The position numbers and the translations under genes are program-made. This document shows positions 19,146-26,933 of a stretch of DNA of 50,343 nt, one piece after another. The DNA is from a virus. Lineage: Duplodnaviria > Caudoviricetes. The DNA is taken from IMG/VR virus record IMGVR_UViG_3300020042_010754, positions 1 through 50,343 of that record. One strand, written 5' to 3'. Positions within the stretch are counted from its first letter, which is position 1. Every line of letters begins with the position of its first letter. Below the pieces are notes generated by a model that saw nothing but the letters and a program-made list of their open reading frames with translations, was not told the origin of the DNA and ran no database searches.

Positions 19146-19607
19146 ATGCCTAAATGTTATCAATTGATTGGAGTGCCGGCCTCGGGTAAAAGCACTTGGA
19201 TTAAAAATCAAGACTGGCTGTTAGGGTCAACTGTAGTTTCTACAGATCCGTTTGTGGAAGACTATGCTAGAGTACAGGGCAAGACATATAGTGAAGTGTT
19301 TGCTGAATACATGCCCAGAGCCATTGACCTAATGATTGAACAAGTTGAATTCGCACGTGAGCACGGCCACACTGTGATCTGGGATCAAACCAGTGTTACT
19401 GTGGCTAGCCGTCGAAAAAAGTTTCGCATGCTGCCGGATTACAAGCATATTGCTGTGGTGTTTTGCACACCCAAACCTGTGGAACTTGCTGATAGACTGG
19501 CTAGTCGTCCGGGCAAAATAGTTCCAGAAGAAATAGTACAAGACATGATTGACCGATTTGAAATGCCCACACTAGAAGAGGGATTCCAGGAGATATGGCA
19601 TGTATAA
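19146..19607 (+). CDS. P-loop kinase (AAA_33 / polynucleotide-kinase-like)
   Basis: GVPASGKST, WDQT, R..R, PTLEEGF. Confidence 0.85.
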   Translation: MPKCYQLIGVPASGKSTWIKNQDWLLGSTVVSTDPFVEDYARVQGKTYSEVFAEYMPRAIDLMIEQVEFAREHGHTVIWDQTSVTVASRRKKFRMLPDYKHIAVVFCTPKPVELADRLASRPGKIVPEEIVQDMIDRFEMPTLEEGFQEIWHV

Positions 19608-19639
19608 TCTACACAGACTGTGTAGCCTGGTCAGTAGCG

Positions 19640-20134
19640 TTAGCGGCCGCAGCCTACCAATTTACAGTATGTGACCAATTCGTAGGTTCCCCATATGGTT
19701 CCTAACACCACTACTATTAGTAGTGTCACCAATAATACTGTTTCTACTAGATCTTCAACTTCTTTTTTGTGCCGCTCCGCTGCTTCTTTTTCACGACGGG
19801 TAGCATGTGCTGCATCCGCGTCCATGGCAGCAGACCTGGCTTTGATCTTGTTCCAAACGTCTATCTTGCCTGTTTGCATGAACAGAAATTGCAACTCTTT
19901 TTCAAACTGTACTGCTTGATCCAGGGCCATCTCAATTTGGATGGCTGTGCCCATGCTGGATTTTTTGCCACTGTTTCTAGATTCTACCATGGCCTTGGAT
20001 GCAGTGCTCTTGGCATCAAAGTACTTGCCCAGCACTGGCCCCAGGGACGCTACATCGTCCACAGTTTTAGATACTTTTTTAATTAATGCAACAGCAGCTT
20101 GTATGCCTGCTAGTGCGGTTAATGGATCAATCAT
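19640..20134 (-). CDS. Hypothetical protein with C-terminal TM helix
   Basis: 164-aa ORF starting MIDPLTALA. Confidence 0.75.
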   Translation of the reverse strand: MIDPLTALAGIQAAVALIKKVSKTVDDVASLGPVLGKYFDAKSTASKAMVESRNSGKKSSMGTAIQIEMALDQAVQFEKELQFLFMQTGKIDVWNKIKARSAAMDADAAHATRREKEAAERHKKEVEDLVETVLLVTLLIVVVLGTIWGTYELVTYCKLVGCGR

Positions 20135-20242
20135 GGTGGTTTTTTTCTTCCGTCTAATCTACATATTTTTTTGTGGTCAATATACCAAAACAAACAATAA
20201 TTGTATTTACACATGGCTATTAAAACTAAAACTGTACAGTTA

Positions 20243-20437
20243 TCATGATCGTAGAAAATAAGGTTTTTGTCGCTTCTCCCAGCGTTTGCACCACACTTGT
20301 CTATTAAAAGCATCTCCGGACCAACTCCACGATGTACATACCCAATGTTCATTTTTGTCTAATTTTTCTGTTGGTGGTTCCACAGCATTTAACCCGGTGG
20401 CGCCCAGTAAAAACACAAACAACAAAGAATATCTCAT
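20243..20437 (-). CDS. Small secreted hypothetical protein
   Basis: Signal peptide-like N-terminus. Confidence 0.55.
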   Translation of the reverse strand: MRYSLLFVFLLGATGLNAVEPPTEKLDKNEHWVCTSWSWSGDAFNRQVWCKRWEKRQKPYFLRS

Positions 20438-20552
20438 TTATTATATTTAACTATAATATGGTATAATTACAACGGGGCAATTGCACAGTGTTGATTGCCC
20501 ATAATAACAAAATGTGCTATACTGTGACACAGTAGTTAGAAAGGGTAAACAC

Positions 20553-20750
20553 ATGATGATTGTTGCAAAATTTAAAGACAAGATTGTGCAAATTGTTCGC
20601 GTGGTTGATTCTGTACAATTTTCAGAAGACAAAGGCTGGATCCTTGTCTGCTTTGACTTTGATAAACCAATGTGCAAGAGAGATCATGTCAAGTGGATAA
20701 AGGTTAGCGAAGCACGGTTTGAATGGGTACGCGAGTTTGCAGGAGAATAA
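20553..20750 (+). CDS. Hypothetical protein
   Basis: GAAAGG RBS and upstream promoter. Confidence 0.7.
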   Translation: MMIVAKFKDKIVQIVRVVDSVQFSEDKGWILVCFDFDKPMCKRDHVKWIKVSEARFEWVREFAGE

Positions 20751-20751
20751 A

Positions 20752-21297
20752 ATGAACACATGGATAACCAGTGACTTGCATTTTGGTCACAAGAACATCA
20801 TGAATTTTTGTCCGGTATCACGGGCTCGTTTTAAAAACGATGTATCGTACATGAACGAGGCCATGGTACTGGAATGGAATGATGTGGTTCAACCCGAAGA
20901 CACAGTTTATATTCTAGGCGATGTGGCATTCTTGCCGGCTCAGAAAGCAGCAGACTACATGAATCGTTGCAACGGCACCAAGATATTGGTTGAAGGCAAT
21001 CACGATCGCAAGACTCTTAAAGATTTGAACTTTCGTGATTGTTTTGCAGAAATTCACAAGTATTTGGATATCAACTACAACGGAACCAAAGTAGTGATGT
21101 TTCATTACCCTATTGCAGAATGGGATCAAATGCACCGGGGGGCGGTACACTTACACGGTCACTTACACGGTGATGTAAGTGGTATGGAAAAATTTCGTTG
21201 CAGAGACATAGGCATGGATGCAATTGGCAAAATTGTTATCTCAATGGAAGATGCTATTGCAGACGCCATGCGTGGCGAAATCAAAGGACATCATTGA
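20752..21297 (+). CDS. Calcineurin-like metallophosphoesterase
   Basis: SDLHFGH, LGD, GNHD, HYP, HGHLH. Confidence 0.92.
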   Translation: MNTWITSDLHFGHKNIMNFCPVSRARFKNDVSYMNEAMVLEWNDVVQPEDTVYILGDVAFLPAQKAADYMNRCNGTKILVEGNHDRKTLKDLNFRDCFAEIHKYLDINYNGTKVVMFHYPIAEWDQMHRGAVHLHGHLHGDVSGMEKFRCRDIGMDAIGKIVISMEDAIADAMRGEIKGHH

Positions 21298-21322
21298 GTC
21301 AACAGTTAAAATTAGGAAAAAT

Positions 21323-21532
21323 ATGAACGAGCAAGACCTAGTGTATCGATTACGCAAGCGGGCCGAAATACGCAGACAAATTCCTGGACGCAAAAGCGTA
21401 GAGGAAGGTCAGGCTGACCGCATTGCCGACCTGCTGGAAGAGACAGCAACTGAAATTGAACGCCTTAGAGATCGGATTGATATCATGTGTCAAGAAAATT
21501 CTGCTAGAGGTCCCGAGACCGTAACTAAGTAA
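21323..21532 (+). CDS. Hypothetical protein
   Basis: AGGA RBS. Confidence 0.7.
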   Translation: MNEQDLVYRLRKRAEIRRQIPGRKSVEEGQADRIADLLEETATEIERLRDRIDIMCQENSARGPETVTK

Positions 21533-21538
21533 TATACT

Positions 21539-21952
21539 ATGGAATTTTTACCTGTACTAGAACTCATTGATCGACTGTGCATTGCCCGGATCAAATTTGA
21601 AAGAACCAAGGGCGGCAATCAAGCTGAACTGTCTTGGTACGAACAACGTTATCAGCAATTGATTGACACTATAACTGTTGGCCAACGAGCTGTGTTGGAT
21701 CACAACATTGCAGAAATCACCGTGATACATAATCGTATCTGGGATCTGGAATGGCAGTTGAAATCTGGTGTAGAACACCTGTTGCCCATGGACGAGATTG
21801 GACGACGAGCTATTGCTATCCGAGACTGGAACAACAAACGCATTACCTACAAGAATTCAATTGCTGCCTTGTTTGACTTGGACCTAAGAGAAATCAAAAC
21901 TGATCATTTAAGTGACGCTGAACAGTTGTTTAAAACCGTTGACGCTAAATAA
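21539..21952 (+). CDS. Hypothetical helical protein (ELIDRL...IWDLE...R..YK..I)
   Basis: 137-aa ORF. Confidence 0.75.
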   Translation: MEFLPVLELIDRLCIARIKFERTKGGNQAELSWYEQRYQQLIDTITVGQRAVLDHNIAEITVIHNRIWDLEWQLKSGVEHLLPMDEIGRRAIAIRDWNNKRITYKNSIAALFDLDLREIKTDHLSDAEQLFKTVDAK

Positions 21953-21967
21953 TTTTCCTGTTACAAT
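21939..21967 (+). promoter_or_regulatory. Promoter for the first tRNA group
   Basis: TTGACG-17-TACAAT with CTAAATA inside. Confidence 0.7.
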
Positions 21968-21975
21968 ATAGTACA

Positions 21976-22054
<79 letters not shown>

Positions 22055-22059
22055 AACAA

Positions 22060-22134
22060 CTGGCGTTAGTACAATGGATAGTGCAAGGGTCTTCTAAGCC
22101 CTGAATAGAGGTTCGATTCCTCTACGCCGGACCA
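22060..22134 (+). tRNA. tRNA-Arg (TCT)
   Basis: Cloverleaf, loop CTTCTAA, CCA. Confidence 0.93.
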
Positions 22135-22141
22135 GAAATTT

Positions 22142-22227
22142 GCGAGAGTGGTGGAATGGTATACACAGCAGATTTAAAATCTGCCGCTCGCAAGGGCATA
22201 CGGGTTCGAGTCCCGTCTCTCGCACCA
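22142..22227 (+). tRNA. tRNA-Leu (TAA)
   Basis: Cloverleaf with long variable arm, CCA. Confidence 0.95.
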
Positions 22228-22238
22228 TGAAAGAATAT

Positions 22239-22493
22239 ATGACTGAACCAATACTAAAAGTACAATTTGCCCCAGGATGCTTTGACGAGTTTGAAGGAAC
22301 TCAGGACGAGCTAGATCTCTTGATGTCTGACATCCACAGTAGGTTCGCGGGTATGACTGCAGACGATTTCAAAGCCAGCAGCCGTGCGGTAGATTTTGAG
22401 CAGCTGAGTAAATCAGATCCTGAACTGGCACAACGACTGGCCACAGCGTTGAATAGCATTGAGAGCGGTACGGATACAAGAACATTACAATGA
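22239..22493 (+). CDS. Hypothetical protein (start reassigned downstream of tRNA-Leu)
   Basis: MTEPILKVQF; coupled to the next ORF. Confidence 0.7.
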   Translation: MTEPILKVQFAPGCFDEFEGTQDELDLLMSDIHSRFAGMTADDFKASSRAVDFEQLSKSDPELAQRLATALNSIESGTDTRTLQ

Positions 22494-23053
22494 TTTCTAG
22501 CAGTCCAGATCGCTACACTTTCCAGAAAGAAAAGTACATTGAGCGTTGCCTAGAAGAAGGTAAAAGTCTAGACGATCCCAATGTACTGGCCGTGATCAAG
22601 CTACACGACGATGCCAGGGAACGGGCTGATCAACATGCCCGGGATCCTGCATGGCAAAAACACAATTTAGAATTTGATCTGCGTGTCACAGACTGGATCA
22701 TTGCCAAGGTTCGCGAAAGCAGAGTGTATGCTCAAAATCTCTATGCTGTGATGTGCAACAACGAGTTCCAAAAACAAGAAGTATGGCCCATATTGAAAGA
22801 TCAGGTCTGGTCATGCAGCTGGCGTCACGCTGGTGGTATTGTGGCCGACATACGTGGTGAGGGTGACTATATTGATTGGTACTGTAGTGGCATCAGGGGC
22901 GAAGACTCCATGGAACAATCTGAATGGAACATGCTAACTCCGGAGCAGCAGATGGCCTACAAGGAAGGCACAGCGTTTGTGGGTGAAAGCGTGGTTACTG
23001 ATGAAATCCGTGAAGACCTTGCACGCCTGGGTTGGTCTGTGATTCCAGAATAA
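22490..23053 (+). CDS. Conserved phage hypothetical protein (WSCSWR...YIDWYCSG)
   Basis: 187-aa ORF. Confidence 0.8.
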   Translation: MISSSPDRYTFQKEKYIERCLEEGKSLDDPNVLAVIKLHDDARERADQHARDPAWQKHNLEFDLRVTDWIIAKVRESRVYAQNLYAVMCNNEFQKQEVWPILKDQVWSCSWRHAGGIVADIRGEGDYIDWYCSGIRGEDSMEQSEWNMLTPEQQMAYKEGTAFVGESVVTDEIREDLARLGWSVIPE

Positions 23054-23068
23054 AATAGGAACACAACA

Positions 23069-23107
23069 ATGTTTAGTTTAGATAACAATCCAAAACTCGG
23101 GTACTAA
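23069..23107 (+). pseudogene. N-terminal remnant (MFSLDNNPKLGY*) of a gene related to the 32955 ORF
   Basis: AGGAA RBS; NPKLGY shared with MIKIEQNPKLGYY. Confidence 0.5.
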
Positions 23108-23201
23108 ATAGAGATAGTTGTGTTAAAGAATTTTATGATATCTTTGCAACCTAAGCAAAATCAAACAAGTTCTAGCATCAAAATAGATTAACAAGGGTTG
23201 T

Positions 23202-23984
23202 GTGAAGAAATATCTAAATCCGTATGAATTAACAATCACATTGTTTTATGTCATGACTGTGATCAGTGTGTGCCTTATGTGGTACAATAATGATCTAGTT
23301 TGGTTACTTGCAGTTCCGGTTGCGGGCTGGGTTAATCATTTTTTCTTCAGTCTCAATCATAGAATGATTTCGCATCGTGCGTTTGAGGCCAGAAACAAAT
23401 TTATACACAACCTGATCATTGTGATGAACGTGTTCCAGGTCAGTCATAGTCCTTTGAGGTTTGCAATGGTACACCGACACCATCACAGTCATGCAGATGT
23501 TCCGGGATCGGATATACACGGCCCAACTCAAGGCTTTTGGGAATCAGTAGTTGGTTGGGAATACCACCTGGGTGAGAGTGTTAAACAGCACCGCATCAAG
23601 ATCCCTAAAGATCTACTCCGAGATAAATTTTTGGTATGGTTTGATACACATTACTACAAGATATTGATTTTGACATGTGTTGCGACATACCTGATTAGTT
23701 GGCAAGCATTTTGGTATGTGCTTGTGCCAGGTAGTGTCTGGTTTAAACTGTCAGCCAATTACCTTACAAATTATCACACATCGCATTTTGGGTATACAAA
23801 TCATGATATAGGAAAAGACACTGCAAAAAACAGTATCTTTGCCAATATTTTCAACTGCGGTGAAGGTTGGCACAATAACCATCATGCAAATCCTGGTGCT
23901 TGGAGATACGGGGAAAAATGGTGGGAGTGGGATCCACCCGGGTTTGTGATCAAGCATTTCTTAAAGAAAAGAATTGCTCAATAG
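23202..23984 (+). CDS. Membrane fatty-acid (delta-9-like) desaturase
   Basis: His boxes HRMISH, HRHHH, GEGWHNNHH. Confidence 0.9.
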   Translation: MKKYLNPYELTITLFYVMTVISVCLMWYNNDLVWLLAVPVAGWVNHFFFSLNHRMISHRAFEARNKFIHNLIIVMNVFQVSHSPLRFAMVHRHHHSHADVPGSDIHGPTQGFWESVVGWEYHLGESVKQHRIKIPKDLLRDKFLVWFDTHYYKILILTCVATYLISWQAFWYVLVPGSVWFKLSANYLTNYHTSHFGYTNHDIGKDTAKNSIFANIFNCGEGWHNNHHANPGAWRYGEKWWEWDPPGFVIKHFLKKRIAQ

Positions 23985-23987
23985 ATT

Positions 23988-24494
23988 TTAATCACTGCCC
24001 GGATAAGATAGCATAATTACCCATTCATCTGTGGGGAGCTTATTTTTAAAATACAGTTTATCAATCCATGCAATTCCAGAAAAAGTGCCTGGCGGTATTA
24101 TTTTGATCACTTGGTATTCTTTCATTTTGATATTGTGTGTTCTTGAATATTTGTACAGGGTTTTCATTATATGTGTTTTGGTTACTCTGAGAATTCTACA
24201 ATTGTTACGAATTGCATATTCTTGCAACTCTTTAAAACACTGAAACTTGATTTCCATGTTGGGGAAAGTGCGATCACTCATCCAATGACTTGCAATAATC
24301 AAATTGGGAGACTTTGTGAGGGTCAGTCGACATGTTGATACCAACCTTCCATCACTGTAGGTGCCAAATGTAGTATTTTCTACAAAAAAAGAATTGATTT
24401 GATCTTGACGTTCAAGGTGCGTGTATGCTGTGACGGTGTTTGCTCGTATAAACAGATCAAGCAAATCATCTAGGTGATCGTGGGTTAATATCAT
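23988..24494 (-). CDS. Hypothetical protein (possibly GNAT-like)
   Basis: 168-aa AT-rich ORF after a minus-strand TATAAATA at 24503-24510. Confidence 0.6.
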   Translation of the reverse strand: MILTHDHLDDLLDLFIRANTVTAYTHLERQDQINSFFVENTTFGTYSDGRLVSTCRLTLTKSPNLIIASHWMSDRTFPNMEIKFQCFKELQEYAIRNNCRILRVTKTHIMKTLYKYSRTHNIKMKEYQVIKIIPPGTFSGIAWIDKLYFKNKLPTDEWVIMLSYPGSD

Positions 24495-24590
24495 AGTGAA
24501 ATTATTTATAAGTTACCACCAGTGGTCAAAAAGGAAACATCGTGCAATTTACAGAAATCATCAAAACGGCTACTTTGATGGCCTTTTTTC

Positions 24591-24619
24591 TTGACTTTTT
24601 TGTTGTAGGCATATATACT
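24591..24619 (+). promoter_or_regulatory. sigma70 promoter of attenuator leader 1
   Basis: TTGACT-17-TATACT. Confidence 0.75.
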
Positions 24620-24624
24620 ACACT

Positions 24625-24717
24625 ATGATGACGCAAATTGCACTCACACTCAATCTAATACCTACCAGCCTGGAGCTGGCCTATGAGAGCGATCGTCGGC
24701 GGGGTCTTTGCCTGTAA
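24625..24717 (+). CDS. Putative leader peptide 1 (MMTQIALTLNLIPTSLELAYESDRRRGLCL)
   Basis: Leaderless ATGATG at the predicted TSS; overlaps the antiterminator arm. Confidence 0.6.
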   Translation: MMTQIALTLNLIPTSLELAYESDRRRGLCL

Positions 24718-24741
24718 GTAAACTTATTACTTCACTCAAAG

Positions 24742-24766
24742 ACCCGCTAACTAGGCGGGTTTTTTT
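24742..24766 (+). terminator. Intrinsic terminator with competing antiterminator
   Basis: ACCCGC/GCGGGT + T run; GGGTCTTTG (24702) pairs with CAAAGACCC (24737). Confidence 0.85.
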
Positions 24767-24773
24767 ATGGCGG

Positions 24774-24902
24774 TTGACCCTTATTCAGTCTGGTGCTATA
24801 ATGCATGCAACAAAGAGGAGAGCAGCAGGATTTGCAAAGACCCTAGAACAAACTGGGGCATTTGCAAAACCGGTTGACCAGTATTGCACAAGATGTTATA
24901 CT
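24774..24902 (+). promoter_or_regulatory. Tandem sigma70 promoters for the RNA island
   Basis: TTGACC-17-TATAAT (24774) and TTGACC-17-TATACT (24874). Confidence 0.75.
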
Positions 24903-24993
24903 AGAGACTAGTTAGAAAGCAGCACAGTGCATCGACACAGTGCAGCAAGTTCGTTAAAAATTTGATTATGGTGTACTCAGATTCAGTTCTGAG

Positions 24994-25242
24994 CACTATA
25001 TGTAAACACATTAGGGTTACCAAGCCAGTAGGTGACCTAGCAATGGATTCCAGTTGACGGACTGGCATTGGCTAGGTGACACGAAAGATGGGCGTATCAG
25101 TGATGCAAATCACGAGTTACGGTAGTCACGCTGGAACAACTTGACCTGTAATGTGCTTGATAGACAAGTCCGTGGACGGCACGGTAGGGCAGGTTCAAAA
25201 CTGCGATCTCTATCAAACACCCCTGTGTGTTTTCATATAGTG
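24994..25242 (+). ncRNA. Conserved-stem spacer RNA, copy A (about 200-nt multi-stem cargo)
   Basis: CACTATATGTAAACACATTAGGG...CCCTGTGTGTTTTCATATAGTG. Confidence 0.7.
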
Positions 25243-25316
25243 GAGCATTCGTCTATCGGTTAGGACAGTGGGTTTTCAGTCCACTAAGAGCGGTTCGACT
25301 CCGCTATGCTCTACCA
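25242..25316 (+). tRNA. tRNA-Glu (TTC)
   Basis: Cloverleaf, CCA. Confidence 0.92.
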
Positions 25317-25322
25317 TGTTTA

Positions 25323-25408
25323 GGACAGTTGGCCGAGTGGTCGAAGGCGACGGACTGTAAATCCGTTCTGTAAAAAGCGCAGTGGTTCAAATCCATTACT
25401 GTCCACCA
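25323..25408 (+). tRNA. tRNA-Tyr (GTA)
   Basis: Cloverleaf, long variable arm, CCA. Confidence 0.95.
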
Positions 25409-25413
25409 ATTTT

Positions 25414-25549
25414 GAAATCAAGTGGAAAGCAAGAGCCACAAAGTAAACAGTAGGCGACTTAGGTATCACGGTCGTCTTTGCAGTGATCAACTGCGTCAGC
25501 CCCAAAAAGGTTGAGAAACACTGGGGTAAGAGTCCCAAAGTGATTGCCA
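25414..25549 (+). ncRNA. tRNA-like multi-hairpin RNA ending in GCCA
   Basis: Five hairpins, including anticodon-like CAGCC-CCAAAAA-GGTTG and T-like TGGG-GTAAGAGT-CCCA. Confidence 0.5.
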
Positions 25550-25624
25550 TATACGAACACATTGAGAGACACATCCGCCGTAAAACGTGGAAGCATGGTG
25601 GTTATCCAGTGTGTTCTTATATGG
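25547..25624 (+). ncRNA. Conserved-stem spacer RNA, copy B
   Basis: CCATATACGAACACATTG...CAGTGTGTTCTTATATGG. Confidence 0.7.
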
Positions 25625-25794
25625 TATATCAGTTGATGTAGCGGGTCATACACGGGACTGGCGAAAGCATATTGAGGCTCGGAATCTCGGACGCTAACAA
25701 CACATCAGCACAAAGGTAGTTCGAACTACTCGGCGTGGTCGCAGTCTGTACTACGGACTTTCCTGCTCGATCCAGGGTGCTGATGGATATACCA
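25623..25794 (+). ncRNA. Unknown structured RNA closed by GGTATATC/GATATACC
   Basis: Terminal stem, T-loop-like GGTAGTTCGAACTACT, alternative internal pairings. Confidence 0.55.
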
Positions 25795-25914
25795 TATAGA
25801 AACACATTAATTGAAAAGCGTCCATGGACTAGAATGACCATCTAGTTAGATGCTTGGATAGGGATGTAAAAAGCCCCTGCTCGTCACAGTTGTCCTAGTG
25901 TGTTTCTATATGGT
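25791..25914 (+). ncRNA. Conserved-stem spacer RNA, copy C
   Basis: ACCATATAGAAACACATTA...TAGTGTGTTTCTATATGGT. Confidence 0.72.
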
Positions 25915-25961
25915 AATGTCATCGGCCGGTGGCATCCATTCTGGGGAGTAATTACCCTCAG

Positions 25962-26039
25962 GAACTCGCGGTCTTCTAGTGGTAAGAAAGCCTCGTTTAA
26001 GGGGCGAACGCAGGTTCGATTCCTGCCCGCAATGAGTTT
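25962..26039 (+). ncRNA. tRNA-like element without CCA (pseudo-tRNA or decoy)
   Basis: D arm TTCT-AGTGGTA-AGAA, 6-nt anticodon loop GTTTAA, perfect T arm GCAGG-TTCGATT-CCTGC, bulged acceptor. Confidence 0.6.
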
Positions 26040-26124
26040 GCTATATAAAAACACATTAGAAGCCTTCGTGACTGTAGGCAAGCAGGTCTCTAAGTCGTTT
26101 CCGACTAGTGTGTTTCTATATGGT
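26040..26124 (+). ncRNA. Conserved-stem spacer RNA, copy D
   Basis: GCTATATAAAAACACATTAG...CTAGTGTGTTTCTATATGGT. Confidence 0.72.
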
Positions 26125-26313
26125 AAGAATCCCGTTACTACTTTCGTTAAAGTAGCGTTTGACTAGCGATAGAGGTCCGGTGGCAGAAGACCGTTAGTGA
26201 GGAGAACCCTCTGAATCTGATAGGCAGTTCCCTCTGCACACAGACGTTAGAATAAAAGGGATGGACAGAGTAACTGCTCAATTAAGGGCTGGCGTGGAAC
26301 CCAGTAGCTTATC
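26122..26313 (+). ncRNA. Unknown structured RNA
   Basis: GGTAAG/CTTATC, ATCCC/GGGAT, CTACTTT/AAAGTAG and further hairpins; no credible ORF. Confidence 0.5.
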
Positions 26314-26320
26314 CTAATTT

Positions 26321-26396
26321 GGTCTTAAAGTGTTCATGGACGCACGACGGCTTGTCACGCCGTAAGAGTGGGGATCGTTACCCCCTAAGACCGCCA
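26321..26396 (+). tRNA. tRNA-Asp (GTC)
   Basis: Cloverleaf, atypical T loop ATCGTTA, CCA. Confidence 0.9.
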
Positions 26397-26460
26397 TATA
26401 AAACACATTAGTTCCCCGTAGGGATAATTGACAACAGGTTCATGCTAGTGTGTTTCTATG
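26395..26460 (+). ncRNA. Conserved-stem spacer RNA, copy E
   Basis: CATATAAAACACATTAG...CTAGTGTGTTTCTATG, exactly between tRNA-Asp and tRNA-Leu. Confidence 0.72.
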
Positions 26461-26535
26461 CCCCGGTGACGGAATGGTATACGTGTTGGTCTTAGAAACC
26501 AAATTCTGGGAGTTCGAGTCTCCCCTGGGGCACCA
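26460..26535 (+). tRNA. tRNA-Leu (TAG), short variable loop
   Basis: Cloverleaf, loop CTTAGAA, CCA. Confidence 0.9.
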
Positions 26536-26538
26536 AGT

Positions 26539-26758
26539 TTTGTTAGAGTGTTAGCAAGAGAAAGTCACGCTGTCTAGGTTTCTTCGAAGGACCAAAGCAG
26601 TAGAAGGTGATGGGTTCGACACCCACCCTGCGGGGAACTGCAGGGGTCCATTGAGGCGACTAAACTGGACCGGTATCCCAAGTAACTTACCGACTCCCGC
26701 TCGAGCTTGTTAATTCGGGTGAATGGCAGCAATAACGTGGTGCTGCTACTTTAACAAA
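26539..26758 (+). ncRNA. Unknown multi-stem RNA
   Basis: TTTGTTAGAGT/ACTTTAACAAA closing stem; internal GGGTTCGACACCC, GGTCCA/TGGACC, CGGTA/TACCG. Confidence 0.6.
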
Positions 26759-26769
26759 TTCAATATTTT

Positions 26770-26929
26770 ATTTTTATAGTCAAGCATCAATAAAGGTATC
26801 GTGACGGGACGCTGCCACTATGCGGGCCTAACTGTGCGAGGAACAGGTCCTGATATAACTGCTATTCGCTTGTCAGAGGAAGCACCTTTGTTGACAAATT
26901 GGCATCTCTTGATGCTTGACTATAAAAAT
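26770..26929 (+). ncRNA. Unknown RNA closed by a perfect 21-bp stem
   Basis: ATTTTTATAGTCAAGCATCAA/TTGATGCTTGACTATAAAAAT. Confidence 0.65.
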
Positions 26930-26933
26930 TTTT

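Noticed and set aside
22140-22238. N-terminal extensions of ORFs 22140 and 27295
   Set aside because: They run through tRNA genes; downstream ATGs are more plausible
25988-26005. Ochre suppressor tRNA or recoded genome
   Set aside because: The loop is 6 nt and there is no CCA; known genes translate intact with code 11 and use all three stop codons
26555-26745. RNase P RNA (GAGAAAGTC resembles GAGGAAAGUC)
   Set aside because: The pairing is a simple nested helix, not the P4 pseudoknot, and other conserved regions are not visible
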